Below are positions 1-15,000 of a DNA stretch of 64,000 bases, one piece after another. The stretch is from Eledone cirrhosa (Eukaryota), in assembly GCA_964016885.1 (NCBI GenBank), contig OZ024740.1, positions 85,622,001 to 85,686,000 on the forward strand, written 5' to 3'. How positions within the stretch are numbered: the first letter of the stretch is position 1; each line of letters opens with the position of its first letter. The notes under the pieces are model-generated. The model made no database searches. It saw only the letters and a program-made list of their open reading frames with translations, and was not told the origin of the DNA. Position numbers and translations under genes: made by a program.

Positions 1-3000
1 GATGGTAGTGGTATTGATGGTGATGATGGTTGTGGTAGTGTTATTGATGGTTGTGGTAGTTGTATTGATGGTGATGATAGTAGTGGTAGTGGTATTGATG
101 GTGATGATGGGTGTGGTAGTGGTATTGATGGTGATGATGGTAGTGGTATTGATGGTGACGACGGTTGTGGTAGTGGTATTGATGGTGATGATGGTTCTGG
201 TAGTGGTATTGATGGTGACGACGGTTGTGGTAGTTGTATTGATGGTGATGATGGTTGTGCTAGTGATATTGATGGTGATGATGGTTGTGGTAGTGGTATT
301 GATGGTGATGACGGTTGTGGTAGTGGTATTGATGGTGACGACGGTTGTGGTAGTGGTATTGATGGTGACGACGGTTGTGGTATTGGTATTGATGGTGATG
401 ATGGTTGTGGTATTGGTATTGATGGTGATGATGGTAGTGGTATTGATGGCGATGATGGTTGTGGTAGTGGTATTGATGTTGATGATGGTTGTGGTATTGA
501 TGGTGATGATGGTAGTGGTAGTAGTATTGATGGTGACGATGTTTGTGGTAGTGGTATTGATGGTGATGACAGTTGTGGTAGTGGTATTGATGGTGATGAC
601 GGTTGTGGTAGTGGTATTGATGGTGATGATGGTTGTGGTAGTGGTATTGATGGTGATGATGGTTGTGGTAGTGGTATTGATGGTGATGATGGTTGTGGTA
701 GTGGTATTGATGGTGATGATGGTTGTGATATTGGTATTGATGGTGATGATGGTTGTGGTAGTGGTATTGATGGTGATGATGGTTGTGGTAGTGGTATTGA
801 TGGTGATGATGGTTGTGGTAGTGGTATTGATGGTGATGATGGTTGTGGTAGTGGTATTGATGTTGATGATGGTTGTGGTAGTGGTATTGATGGTGATGAT
901 GGTTGTGGTAGTGGTATTGATGGTGATGATGGTTGTGATATTGGTATTGATGGTGATGATGGTTGTGGTAGTGGTATTGATGGTGATGATGGTTGTGGTA
1001 GTGGTATTGATGGTGATGATGGTTGTGGTCGTGGTATTGATGGTGATGACGGTTGTGGTAGTGGTATTGATGGTGAGGACGGTTGTGGTAGTGGTATTGA
1101 TGGTGATGATGGTTGTGGTAGTGGTATTGATGGTAAAGATGGTTGTGGTAGTTGTATTGATGGTGATGATGGTTGTGGTCGTGGTATTGATGGTGATGAT
1201 GGTTGTGGTAGTGGTATTGATGGTGATGATGGTTGTGGTAGTGGTATTGATGGTGATGATGGGTGTGGTAGTGGTATTGATGGTGATGATGGGTGTGGTA
1301 GTGGTATTGATGGTGATGATGGGTGTGGTAGTGGTATTGATGGTGATGATGGTAGTGGTATTGATGGTGATGACGGTTGTGGTAGTGGTATTGATGGTGA
1401 CGACGGTTGTGGTAGTGGTATTGATGGTGACGACGGTTGTGGTATTGGTATTGATGGTGATGATGGTTGTGGTATTGTTATTGATGGTGATGATGGTAGT
1501 GGTATTGATGGCGATGATGGTTGTGGTAGTGGTATTGTTGTTGATGATTTTTGTGGTAGTGGTATCGATAGTGATGACGGTTGTGGTAGTGGTATTGATG
1601 GTGATGACGGTTGTGGTAGTGGTATTGATGGTGATGATGGTTGTGGTAGTGGTATTGATGGTGATGATGGCTGTGGTAGTGGTATTGATGGTGATGATGG
1701 TTGTGGTAGTGGTATTGATGGTGATGATGGTTGTGGTAGTGGTATTGATGGTGCTGATGGTTGTGGTAGTGGTATTGATGGTGATGATGGTTGTGGTAGT
1801 GGTATTGATGGTGATAATGGTTGTGGTAGTGGTATTGATGGTGATGATGGTTGTGGTAGTGGTATTGATGGTGATGATGGTTGTGATATTGGTATTGATG
1901 GTGATGATGGTTGTGGTAGTGGTATTGATGGTGATGATGGTTGTGGTAGTGGTATTGATGGTGATGATGGTTGTGGTAGTGGTATTGATGGTGATGATGG
2001 TGTGGTAGTGGTATTGATGGTGATGATGGTTGTGGTAGTGGTATTGATGGTGATGATGGTTGTGATATTAGTATTGATGGTGATGATGGTTGTGGTATTG
2101 GTATTGATGGTGATGATGGTTGTGGTAGTGGTATTGATGGTGATGACGGTTGTGGTAGTTGTATTGATGGTGATGATGGTTGTGGTATTGGTATTGATGG
2201 TGATGATGGTTGTGGTATTGGTATTGATGGTGATGATGGTTGTGGTATTGGTATTGATGGTGATGAGGGTTGTGCTAGTGATATTGATGGTGATGATGGT
2301 TGTGGTAGTGGTATTGATGGTGAGGACGGTTGTGGTAGTGGTATTGATGGTGATGATGGTTGTGGTAGTGGTATTGATGGTGATGATGGTTGTGGTAGTG
2401 GTATTGATGGTGAAGATGGTTGTGGTAGTGGTATTGATGGTGATGATGGTTGTGGTCGTGGTATTGATGGTGATGCCGGTTGTGGTAGTTGTATTGATGG
2501 TGAGGACGGTTGTGGTAGTGGTATTGATGGTGATGATGGTTGTGGTAGTGGTATTGATGGTGATGATAGTAGTGGTATTGATGGTGATGATGGTTGTGGT
2601 AGTGGTATTGATGGTGATGATGGTTGTGGTAGTGGTATTGATGGTGATGATGGTTGTGGTAGTGGTATTGATGGTGATGACGGTCGTGGTAGTGGTATTG
2701 ATGGTGATGATGGTTGTGGTAGTGGTATTGATGGTGATGATGGTTGTGATATTGGTATTGATGGTGATGATGGTTGTGGTAGTGGTATTGATGGTGATAA
2801 TGGTTGTGGTAGTGGTATTGATGGTGATGATGGTTGTGGTAGTGGTATTGATGGTGATGATGGTTGTGGTAGTGGTATTGATGGTGATGATGGTTGTGGT
2901 AGTGGTATTGATGGTGATGATGGTAGTCGTATTGATGGTGATGATGGTTGTGGTAGTGGTATTGATGGTGATGATGGTTGTGGTAGTGGTATTGATGGTG

Positions 3001-6000
3001 ATGATGGTTGTGGTAGTGGTATTGATGGTGATGATGGTTGTGGTAGTGGTATTGATGGTGATGATGGTAGTGGTATTGATGGTGATGATGGTTGTGGTAG
3101 TGGTATTGATGGTGATGATGGTTGTGGTAGTTGTATTGATGGTGATGACGGTAGTGGTAGTGGTATTGATCGTGATGATGGGTGTGGTAGTGGTATTGAT
3201 GGTGAGGACGGTTGTGGTAGTGGTATTGATGGTGATGATGGTTGTGGTAGTGGTATTGATGGTGAAGATGGTTGTGGTAGTGGTATTGATGGTGATGATG
3301 GTTGTGGTCATGGTATTGATGGTGATGACGGTTGTGGTAGTAGTATTGATGGTGAGGACGGTTGTGGTAGTGGTATTGATGGTTGTGGTAGTGGTATTGA
3401 TGGTGATGATGGTAGTGGTATTGATGGTGATGATGGTTGTGGTAGTGGTATTGATGGTGATGATGGTTGTGGTAGTGGTATTGATGGTGATTATGGTTGT
3501 GGTAGTGGTATTGATGGTGATGACGGTTGTGGTAGTGGTATTGATGGTGATGATGGTTGTGGTAGTGGTATTGATGGTGATGATGGTTGTGATATTGGTA
3601 TTGATGGTGATGATGGTTGTGGTAGTGGTATTGATGGTGATGATGGTTGTGGTATTGGTATTGATGGTGATGATGGTTGTGGTAGTGGTATTGATGGTGA
3701 TGATGGTTGTGGTAGTGGTATTGATGGTGATGATGGTTGTGGTAGTGGTATTGATGGTGATGATGGTAGTGGTATTGATGGTGATGATGGTTGTGGTAGT
3801 GGTATTGATGGTGATGATGGTTGTGGTAGTTGTATTGATGGTGATGATGGTTGTGGTAGTGGTATTGATGGTGATGATGGTTGTGGTAGTGGTATTGATG
3901 GTGATGACGGTTGTGGTAGTGGTATTGATGGTGAGGACGGTTGTGGTAGTGGTATTGATGGTGATGATGGTTGTGGTAGTGGTATTGATGGTGCTGATGG
4001 TAGTGGTATTGATGGTGATGATGGTTGTGGTAGTGGTATTGATGGTGATGATGGTTGTGGTAGTGGTATTGATGGTGATGATGGTTGTGGTAGTGGTATT
4101 GATGGTGATGACGGTTGTGGTAGTGGTATTGATGGTGATGATGGTTGTGGTAGTGGTATTGATGGTGATGGTGGTTGTGATATTGGTATTGATGGTGATG
4201 ATGGTTGTGGTAGTGGTATTGATGGTGATGATGTTTGTGGTAGTGGTATTGATGGTGATGATGGTTGTGGTAGTGGTATTGATGCTGATGATGGTTGTGG
4301 TAGTGGTATTGATGGTGATGATGGTTGTGGTAGTGGTATTGATGGTGATGATGGTAGTGGTATTGATGGTGATGATGGTTGTAGTAGTGGTATTGATGGT
4401 GATGATGGTTGTGGTAGTGGTATTGATGGTGATGATGGTTGTGGTAGTTGTATTGATGGTGATGATGGTTGTGGTAGTGGTATTGATGGTGATGATGGTA
4501 GTGGTATTGATGGTGATGATGGTTGTGGTAGTGGTATTGATGGTGATGATGGTTGTGGTAGTTGTATTGATGGTGATGATGGTAGTGGTAGTGGTATTGA
4601 TGGTGATGATGGGTGTGGTAGTGGTATTGATGGTGATGATGGTAGTGGTATTGATGGTGACGACGGTTGTGGTAGTGGTATTGATGGTGATGATGGTTGT
4701 GGTAGTGGTATTGATGGTGACGACGGTTGTGGTAGTGGTATTGATGGTGATGATGGTTGTGCTAGTGATATTGATGGTGATGATGGTTGTGGTAGTGGTA
4801 TTAATGGTGATGACAGTTGTGGTAGTGGTATTGATGTTGACGACGGTTGTGGTAGTGGTATTGATGGTGACGACGGTTGTGGTATTGGTATTGATGGTGA
4901 TGATGGTTGTGGTATTGGTATTGATGGTGATGATGGTAGTGGTATTGATGGCGATGATGGTTGTGGTAGTGGTATTGATGTTGATGATGGTTGTGGTATT
5001 GATGGTTTTGATGGTAGTGGTAGTAGTATTGATGGTGACGATGTTTGTGGTAGTGGTATTGATGGTGATGACGGTTGTGGTAGTGGTATTGATGGTGATG
5101 ACGGTTGTGGTAGTGGTATTGATGGTGATGATGGTTGTGGTAGTGGTATTGATGGTGATGATGTTTGTGGTAGTGGTATTGATGGTGATGATGGTTGTGG
5201 TAGTGGTATTGATGGTGATGATGGTTGTGGTAGTGGTATTGATGGTGATGATGGTTGTGGTAGTGGTATTGATGGTGATGATGGTTGTGGTAGTGGTATT
5301 GATGGTGATGACGGTTGTGGTAGTGGTATTGATGGTGATGATGGTTGTGGTAGTGGTATTGATGGTGATGATGGTAGTGGTATTGATGGTGATGATGGTT
5401 GTGGTAGTGGTATTGATGGTGATGATGGTTGTGGTAGTGGTATTGATGGTGATGATGGTTGTGGTAGTGGTATTGATGGTGATGACGGTTGTGGTAGTGG
5501 TATTGATGGTGATGATGGTTGTGGTAGTGGTATTGATGGTGATGATGGTTGTGATATTGGTATTGATGGTGATGATGGTTGTGGTAGTGGTATTGATGGT
5601 GATGATGGTTGTGGTAGTGGTATTGATGGTGATGATGGTTGTGGTAGTGGTATTGATGGTGATGATGGTAGTGGTATTGATGGTGATGATGGTTGTGGTA
5701 GTGGTATTGATGGTGATGATGGTTGTGGTAGTGGTATTGATGGTGATGATGGTTGTGGTAGTGGTATTGATGGTGATGATGGTTGAGGTAGTGGTATTGA
5801 TGGTGATGATGGTAGTGGTATTGATGGTGATGATGGTTGTGGTAGTGGTATTGATGGTGATGATGGTTGTGGTAGTTGTATTGATGGTGATGATGGTAGT
5901 GGTAGTGGTATTGATGGTGATGATGGGTGTGGTAGTGGTATTGGTGGTGATGATGGTAGTGGTATTGATTGTGACGACGGTTGTGGTAGTGGTATTGATG

Positions 6001-9000
6001 GTGATGATGGTTGTGGTAGTGGTATTGATGGTGACGACGGTTGTGGTAGTGGTATTGATGGTGATGATGGTTGTGCTAGTGATATTGATGGTGATGACGG
6101 TTGTGGTAGTGGTATTGATGGTGATGACGGTTGTGGTAGTGGTATTGATGGTGACGACGGTTGTGGTAGTGGTATTGATGGTGACGATGGTTGTGGTATT
6201 GGTATTGATGGTGATGATGGTTGTGGTAGTGGTATTGATGGTGATGATGGTTGTGGTAGTGGTATTGATGGTGATGATGGTAGTGGTATTGATGGCGATG
6301 ATGGTTGTGGTTGTGGTATTGATGTTGATGATGGTTGTGGTATTGATGGTGATGATGGTAGTGGTAGTAGTATTGATGGTGACGATGTTTGTGGTAGTGG
6401 TATTGATGGTGATGACGGTTGTGGTAGTGGTATTGATGGTGATGACGGTTGTGGTAGTGGTATTGATGGTGATGATGGTTGTGGTAGTGGTATTGATGGT
6501 GATGATGGCTGTGGTAGTGGTATTGATGGTGATGATGGTTGTGGTAGTGGTATTGATGGTGATGACGGTTGTGATATTGGTATTGATGGTGATGATGTTT
6601 GTGGTAGTGGTATTGATGGTGATGATGGTTGTGGTAGTGGTATTGATGGTGATGATGGTTGTGGTAGTGGTATTGATGGTGATGATGGTTGTGGTAGTGG
6701 TATTGATGGTTGTGGTAGTGGTATTGATGGTGATGATGGTTGTGGTAGTGGTATTGATGGTGATGATGGTTGTGATATTGGTATTGATGGTGATGATGGT
6801 TGTGGTAGTGGTATTGATGGTGATGATGGTTGTGGTAGTGGTATTGATGGTGATGATGGTTGTGGTATTGATGGTGATGATGGTTGTGGTAGTGGTATTG
6901 ATGGTGATGATGGTTGTGGTAGTGGTATTGATGGTGATGATGGTTGTGATATTGGTATTGATGGTGATGATGTTTGTGGTAGTGGTATTGATGGTGATGA
7001 TGGTTGTGGTAGTGGTATTGATGGTGATGATGGTTGTGGTAGTGGTATTGATGGTGATGATGGTTGTGGTAGTGGTATCGATGGTGATGACGGTTGTGGT
7101 AGTGGTATTGATGGTGAGGACGGTTGTGGTAGTGGTATTGATGGTGATGATGGTTGTGGTAGTGGTATTGATGGTGATGATGGTAGTGGAATTGATGGTG
7201 ATGATGGTTGTGGTAGTGGTATTGATGGTGATGATGGTTGTGGTAGTGGTATTGATGGTGATGATGGTTGTGGTAGTGGTATTGATGGTGATGACGGTTG
7301 TGGTAGTGGTATTGATGGTGATGATGGTTGTGGTAGTGGTATTGATGGTGATGATGGTTGTGATATTGGTATTGATGGTGATGATGGTTGTGGTAGTGGT
7401 ATTGATGGTGATGATGGTTGTGGTAGTGGTATTGATGGTGATGATGGTTGTGGTAGTGGTATTGATGGTGATGATGGTTGTGGTAGTGGTATTGATGGTG
7501 ATGATGGTTGTGGTAGTGGTATTGATGGTGATGATGGTAGTGGTATTGATGGTGATGATGGTTGTGGTAGTGGTATTGATGGTGATGATGGTTGTGGTAG
7601 TGGTATTGATGGTGATGATGGTTGTGGTAGTGGTATTGATGGTGATGATGGTTGAGGTAGTGGTATTGATGGTGATGATGGTAGTGGTATTGATGGTGAT
7701 GATGGTTGTGGTAGTGGTATTGATGGTGATGATGGTTGTGGTAGTTGTATTGATGGTGATGATGGTAGTGGTAGTGGTATTGATGGTGATGATGGGTGTG
7801 GTAGTGGTATTGATGGTGATGATGGTTGTGATATTGGTATTGATGGTGATGATGGTTGTGGTAGTGGTATTGATGGTGATGATGGTTGTGGTAGTGGTAT
7901 TGATGGTGATGATGGTTGTGGTAGTGGTATTGATGGTGATGATGGTTGTGGTAGTGGTATTGATGGTGATGATGGTTGTGGTAGTGGTATTGATGGTGAT
8001 GACGGTTGTGGTAGTGGTATTGATGGTGAGGACGGTTGTGGTAGTGGTATTGATGGTGATGATGGTTGTGGTAGTGGTATTGATGGTGATGATGGTAGTG
8101 GTATTGATGGTGATGACGGTTGTGGTAGTGGTATTGATGGTGATGATGGTTGTGGTAGTGGTATTGATGGTGATGATGGTTGTGGTAGTGGTATTGATGG
8201 TGATGACGGTTGTGGTAGTGGTATTGATGGTGATGATGGTTGTGGTAGTGGTATTGATGGTGATGATGGTTGTGATATTGGTATTGATGGTGATGATGGT
8301 TGTGGTAGTGGTATTGATGGTGATGATGGTTGTGGTAGTGGTATTGATGGTGATGATGGTTGTGGTAGTGGTATTGATGGTGATGATGGTTGTGGTAGTG
8401 GTATTGATGGTGATGATGGTTGTGGTAGTGGTATTGATGGTGATGATGGTAGTGGTATTGATGGTGATGATGGTTGTGGTAGTGGTATTGATGGTGATGA
8501 TGGTTGTGGTAGTGGTATTGATGGTGATGATGGTTGTGGTAGTGGTATTGATGGTGATGATGGTTGAGGTAGTGGTATTGATGGTGAAGATGGTAGTGGT
8601 ATTGATGGTGATGATGGTTGTGGTAGTGGTATTGATGGTGATGATGGTTGTGGTAGTTGTATTGATGGTGATGATGGTAGTGGTAGTGGTATTGATGGTG
8701 ATGATGGGTGTGGTAGTGGTATTGATGGTGATGATGGTAGTGGTATTGATTGTGACGACGGTTGTGGTAGTGGTATTGATGGTGATGATGGTTGTGGTAG
8801 TGGTATTGATGGTGACGACGGTTGTGGTAGTGGTATTGATGGTGATGATGGTTGTGCTAGTGATATTGATGGTGATGACGGTTGTGGTAGTGGTATTGAT
8901 GGTGATGACGGTTGTGGTAGTGGTATTGATGGTGACGACGGTTGTGGTAGTGGTATTGATGGTGACGACGGTTGTGGTATTGGTATTGATGGTGATGATG

Positions 9001-12000
9001 GTTGTGGTAGTGGTATTGATGGTGATGATGGTAGTGGTAGTGGTATTGATGGTGATGATGGTAGTGGTATTGATGGCGATGATGGTTGTGGTTGTGGTAT
9101 TGATGTTGATGATGGTTGTGGTATTGATGGTGATGATGGTAGTGGTAGTAGTATTGATGGTGACGATGTTTGTGGTAGTGGTATTGATGGTGATGACGGT
9201 TGTGGTAGTGGTATTGATGGTGATGACGGTTGTGGTAGTGGTATTGATGGTGATGATGGTTGTGGTAGTGGTATTGATGGTGATGATGGCTGTGGTAGTG
9301 GTATTGATGGTGATGATGGTTGTGGTAGTGGTATTGATGGTGATGATGGTTGTGATATTGGTATTGATGGTGATGATGTTTGTGGTAGTGGTATTGATGG
9401 TGATGATGGTTGTGGTAGTGGTATTGATGGTGATGATGGTTGTGGTAGTGGTATTGATGGTGATGATGGTTGTGGTAGTGGTATTGATGGTGTGGTAGTG
9501 GTATTGATTGTGATGATGGTTGTGGTAGTGGTATTGATGGTGATGATGGTTGTGATATTGGTATTGATGGTGATGATGGTTGTGGTAGTGGTATTGATGG
9601 TGATGATGGTTGTGGTAGTGGTATTGATGGTGATGATGGTTGTGGTATTGATGGTGATGATGGTTGTGGTAGTGGTATTGATGGTGATGATGGTTGTGGT
9701 AGTGGTATTGATGGTGATGATGGTTGTGATATTAGTATTGATGGTGATGATGGTTGTGGTATTGGTATTGATGGTGATGATGGTTGTGGTAGTGGTATTG
9801 ATGGTGATGACGGTTGTGGTAGTTGTATTGATGGTGATGATGGTTGTGGTATTGGTATTGATGGTGATGATGGTTGTGGTATTGGTATTGATGGTGATGA
9901 CGGTTGTGGTAGTGGTATTGATGGTGATGATGGTTGTGGTAGTGGTATTGACGGTGATGATGGTTGTGATATTGGTATTGATGGTGATGATGGTTGTGGT
10001 AGTGGTATTGATGGTGATGATGGTTGTAGTAGTGGTATTGATGGTGATGATGGTTGTGGTAGTGGTATTGATGGTGATGATGGTTGTGGTAGTGGTATTG
10101 ATGGTGATGATGGTTGTGGTAGTGGTATTGATGGTGATGATGGTAGTGGTATTGATGGTGATGATGGTTGTGGTAGTGGTATTGATGGTGATGATGGTTG
10201 TGGTAGTGGTATTGATGGTGATGATGGTTGTGGTAGTGGTATTGATGGTGATGATGGTAGTGGTATTGATGGTGATGATGGTTGTGGTAGTGGTATTGAT
10301 GGTGATGATGGTTGTGGTAGTTGTATTGATGGTGATGATGGTTGTGGTAGTGGTATTGATGGTGATGATGGTTGTGGTAGTGGTATTGATGGTGATGACG
10401 GTTGTGGTAGTGGTATTGATGGTGAGGACGGTTGTGGTAGTGGTATTGATGGTGATGATGGTTGTGGTAGTGGTATTGATGGTGATGATGGTAGTGGTAT
10501 TGATGGTGATGATGGTTGTGGTAGTGGTATTGATGGTGATGATGGTTGTGGTAGTGGTATTGATGGTGATGATGGTTGTGGTAGTGGTATTGATGGTGAT
10601 GACGGTTGTGGTAGTGGTATTGATGGTGATGATGGTTGTGGTAGTGGTATTGATGGTGATGATGGTTGTGATATTGGTATTGATGGTGATGATGGTTGTG
10701 GTATTGATGGTGATGATGGTTGTGGTAGTGGTATTGATGGTGATGATGGTTGTGGTAGTGGTATTGATGGTGATGATGGTTGTGGTAGTGGTATTGATGG
10801 TGATGATGGTTGTGGTAGTGGTATTGATGGTGATGATGGTAGTGGTATTGATGGTGATGATGGTTGTGGTAGTGGTATTGATGGTGATGATGGTTGTGGT
10901 AGTGGTATTGATGGTGATGATGGTTGTGGTAGTGGTATTGATGGTGATGATGGTTGTGGTAGTGGTATTGATGGTGATGATGGTAGTGGTATTGATGGTG
11001 ATGATGGTTGTGGTAGTGGTATTGATGGTGATGATGGTTGTGGTAGTTGTATCGATGGTGATGATGGTAGTGGTAGTGGTATGGATGGTGATGATGGGTG
11101 TGGTAGTGGTATTGATGGTGATGATGGTAGTGGTATTGATGGTGACAACGGTTGTGGTAGTGGTATTGATGGTGATGATGGTTGTGGTAGTGGTATTGAT
11201 GGTGACGACGGTTGTGGTAGTGGTATTGATGGTGATGATGGTTGTGCTAGTGATATTGATGGTGATGATGGTTGTGGTAGTGGTATTGATGGTGATGACG
11301 GTTGTGGTAGTGGTATTGATGGTGACGACGGTTGTGGTAGTGGTATTGATGGTGACGACGGTTGTGGTATTGGTATTGATGGTGATGATGGTTGTGGTAT
11401 TGGTATTGATGGTGATGATGGTAGTGGTATTGATGGCCATGATGGTTGTGGTAGTGGTATTGATGTTGATGATGGTTGTGGTATTGATGGTGATGATGGT
11501 AATGGTAGTAGTATTGATGGTGACGATGTTTGTGGTAGTGGTATTGATGGTGATGACGGTTGTGGTAGTGGTATTGATGGTGATGACGGTTGTGGTAGTG
11601 GTATTGATGGTGATGATGGTTGTGGTAGTGGTATTGATGGTGATGATGGCTGTGGTAGTGGTATTGATGGTGATGATGGTTGTGGTAGTGGTATTGATGG
11701 TGATGATGGTTGTGGTAGTGGTATTGATGGTGATGATGGTGATGATGGTTGTGGTAGTGGTATTGATGGTGATGATGGTTGTGGTAGTTGTATTGATGGT
11801 GATGATGGTTGTGGTAGTGGTATTGATGGTGATGATGGTTGTGGTAGTGGTATTGATGGTGATGACGGTTGTGGTAGTGGTATTGATGGTGAGGACGGTT
11901 GTGGTAGTGGTATTGATGGTGATGATGGTTGTGGTAGTGGTATTGATGGTGATGATGGTAGTGGTATTGATGGTGATGATGGTTGTGGTAGTGGTATTGA

Positions 12001-15000
12001 TGGTGATGATGGTTGTGGTAGTGGTATTGATGGTGATGATGGTTGTGGTAGTGGTATTGATGGTGATGACGGTTGTGGTAGTGGTATTGATGGTGATGAT
12101 GGTTGTGGTAGTGGTATTGATGGTGATGATGGTTGTGATATTGGTATTGATGGTGATGATGGTTGTGGTATTGATGGTGATGATGGTTGTGGTAGTGGTA
12201 TTGATGGTGATGATGGTTGTGGTAGTGGTATTGATGGTGATGATGGTTGTGGTAGTGGTATTGATGGTGATGATGGTTGTGGTAGTGGTATTGATGGTGA
12301 TGATGGTAGTGGTATTGATGGTGATGATGGTTGTGGTAGTGGTATTGATGGTGATGATGGTTGTGGTAGTGGTATTGATGGTGATGATGGTTGTGGTAGT
12401 GGTATTGATGGTGATGATGGTTGTGGTAGTGGTATTGATGGTGATGATGGTAGTGGTATTGATGGTGATGATGGTTGTGGTAGTTGTATCGATGGTGATG
12501 ATGGTAGTGGTAGTGGTATGGATGGTGATGATGGGTGTGGTAGTGGTATTGATGGTGATGATGGTAGTGGTATTGATGGTGACAACGGTTGTGGTAGTGG
12601 TATTGATGGTGATGATGGTTGTGGTAGTGGTATTGATGGTGACGACGGTTGTGGTAGTGGTATTGATGGTGATGATGGTTGTGCTAGTGATATTGATGGT
12701 GATGATGGTTGTGGTAGTGGTATTGATGGTGATGACGGTTGTGGTAGTGGTATTGATGGTGACGACGGTTGTGGTAGTGGTATTGATGGTGACGACGGTT
12801 GTGGTATTGGTATTGATGGTGATGATGGTTGTGGTATTGGTATTGATGGTGATGATGGTAGTGGTATTGATGGCCATGATGGTTGTGGTAGTGGTATTGA
12901 TGTTGATGATGGTTGTGGTATTGATGGTGATGATGGTAATGGTAGTAGTATTGATGGTGACGATGTTTGTGGTAGTGGTATTGATGGTGATGACGGTTGT
13001 GGTAGTGGTATTGATGGTGATGACGGTTGTGGTAGTGGTATTGATGGTGATGATGGTTATGGTAGTGGTATTGATGGTGATGATGGCTGTGGTAGTGGTA
13101 TTGATGGTGATGATGGTTGTGGTAGTGGTATTGATGGTGATGATGGTTGTGGTAGTGGTATTGATGGTGATGATGGTAGTGGTATTGATGGTGATGATGG
13201 TTGTGGTAGTGGTATTGATGGTGATGATGGTTGTGGTAGTGGTATTGATGGTGATGATGGTTGTGGTAGTGGTATTGATGGTGATGATGGTTGTGGTAGT
13301 GGTATTGATGGTGATGATGGTAGTGGTATTGATGGTGATGATGGTTGTGGTAGTGGTGTTGATGGTGATGATGGTTGTGGTAGTGGTATTGATGGTGATG
13401 ATGGTAGTGGTATTGATGGTGACAACGGTTGTGGTAGTGGTATTGATGGTGATGATGGTTGTGGTAGTGGTATTGATGGTGACGACGGTTGTGGTAGTGG
13501 TATTGATGGTGATGATGGTTGTGGTAGTGGTATTGATGGTGATGATGGGTGTGGTAGTGGTATTGATGGTGATGATGGTAGTGGTATTGATGGTGACAAC
13601 GGTTGTGGTAGTGGTATTGATGGTGATGATGGTTGTGATAGTGGTATTGATGGTGACGACGGTTGTGGTAGTGGTATTGATGGTGATGATGGTAGTGGTA
13701 GTGGTATTGATGGTGATGATGGGTGTGGTAGTGGTATTGATGGTGATGATGGTAGTGGTATTGATGGTGACAACGGTTGTGGTAGTGGTATTGATGGTGA
13801 TGATGGTTGTGGTAGTGGTATTGATGGTGACGGCGGTTGTGGTAGTGGTATTGATGGTGATGATGGTTGTGCTAGTGATATTGATGGTGATGATGGTTGT
13901 GGTAGTGGTATTGATGGTGATGACGGTTGTGGTAGTGGTATTGATGGTGACGACGGTTGTGGTAGTGGTATTGATGGTGATGATGGTTGTGCTAGTGATA
14001 TTGATGGTGATGATGGTTGTGGTAGTGGTATTGATGGTGATGATGGTTGTGGTATTGATGGTGATGATGGTTGTGGTAGTGGTATTGATGGTGATGATGG
14101 TTGTGGTAGTGGTATTGATGGTGATGATGGTTGTGATATTAGTATTGATGGTGATGATGGTTGTGGTATTGGTATTGATGGTGATGATGGTTGTGGTAGT
14201 GGTATTGATGGTGATGACGGTTGTGGTAGTTGTATTGATGGTGATGATGGTTGTGGTATTGGTATTGATGGTGATGATGGTTGTGGTATTGGTATTGATG
14301 GTGATGACGGTTGTGGTAGTGGTATTGATGGTGATGATGGTTGTGGTAGTGGTATTGATGGTGATGATGGTTGTGATATTGGTATTGATGGTGATGATGG
14401 TTGTGGTAGTGGTATTGATGGTGATGATGGTTGTGGTAGTGGTATTGATGGTGATGATGGTTGTGGTAGTGGTATTGATGGTGATGATGGTTGTGGTACT
14501 GGTATTGATGGTGATGATGGTTGTGGTAGTGGTATTGATGGTGATGATGGTAGTGGTATTGATGGTGATGATGGTTGTGGTAGTGGTATTGATGGTGATG
14601 ATGGTTGTGGTAGTGGTATTGATGGTGATGATGGTTGTGGTAGTGGTATTGATGGTGATGATGGTAGTGGTATTGATGGTGATGATGGTTGTGGTAGTGG
14701 TATTGATGGTGATGATGGTTGTGGTAGTTGTATTGATGGTGATGATGGTTGTGGTAGTGGTATTGATGGTGATGATGGTTGTGGTAGTGGTATTGATGGT
14801 GATGACGGTTGTGGTAGTGGTATTGATGGTGAGGACGGTTGTGGTAGTGGTATTGATGGTGATGATGGTTGTGGTAGTGGTATTGATGGTGACGACGGTT
14901 GTGGTAGTGGTATTGATGGTGATGATGGTTGTGCTAGTGATATTGATGGTGATGATGGTTGTGGTAGTGGTATTGATGGTGATGACGGTTGTGGTAGTGG

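Noticed and set aside
5784-8567. TGT to TGA changes in the GCGSG frame as selenocysteine recoding
   Set aside because: One variant unit was copied by array duplication. No SECIS element or coding evidence.
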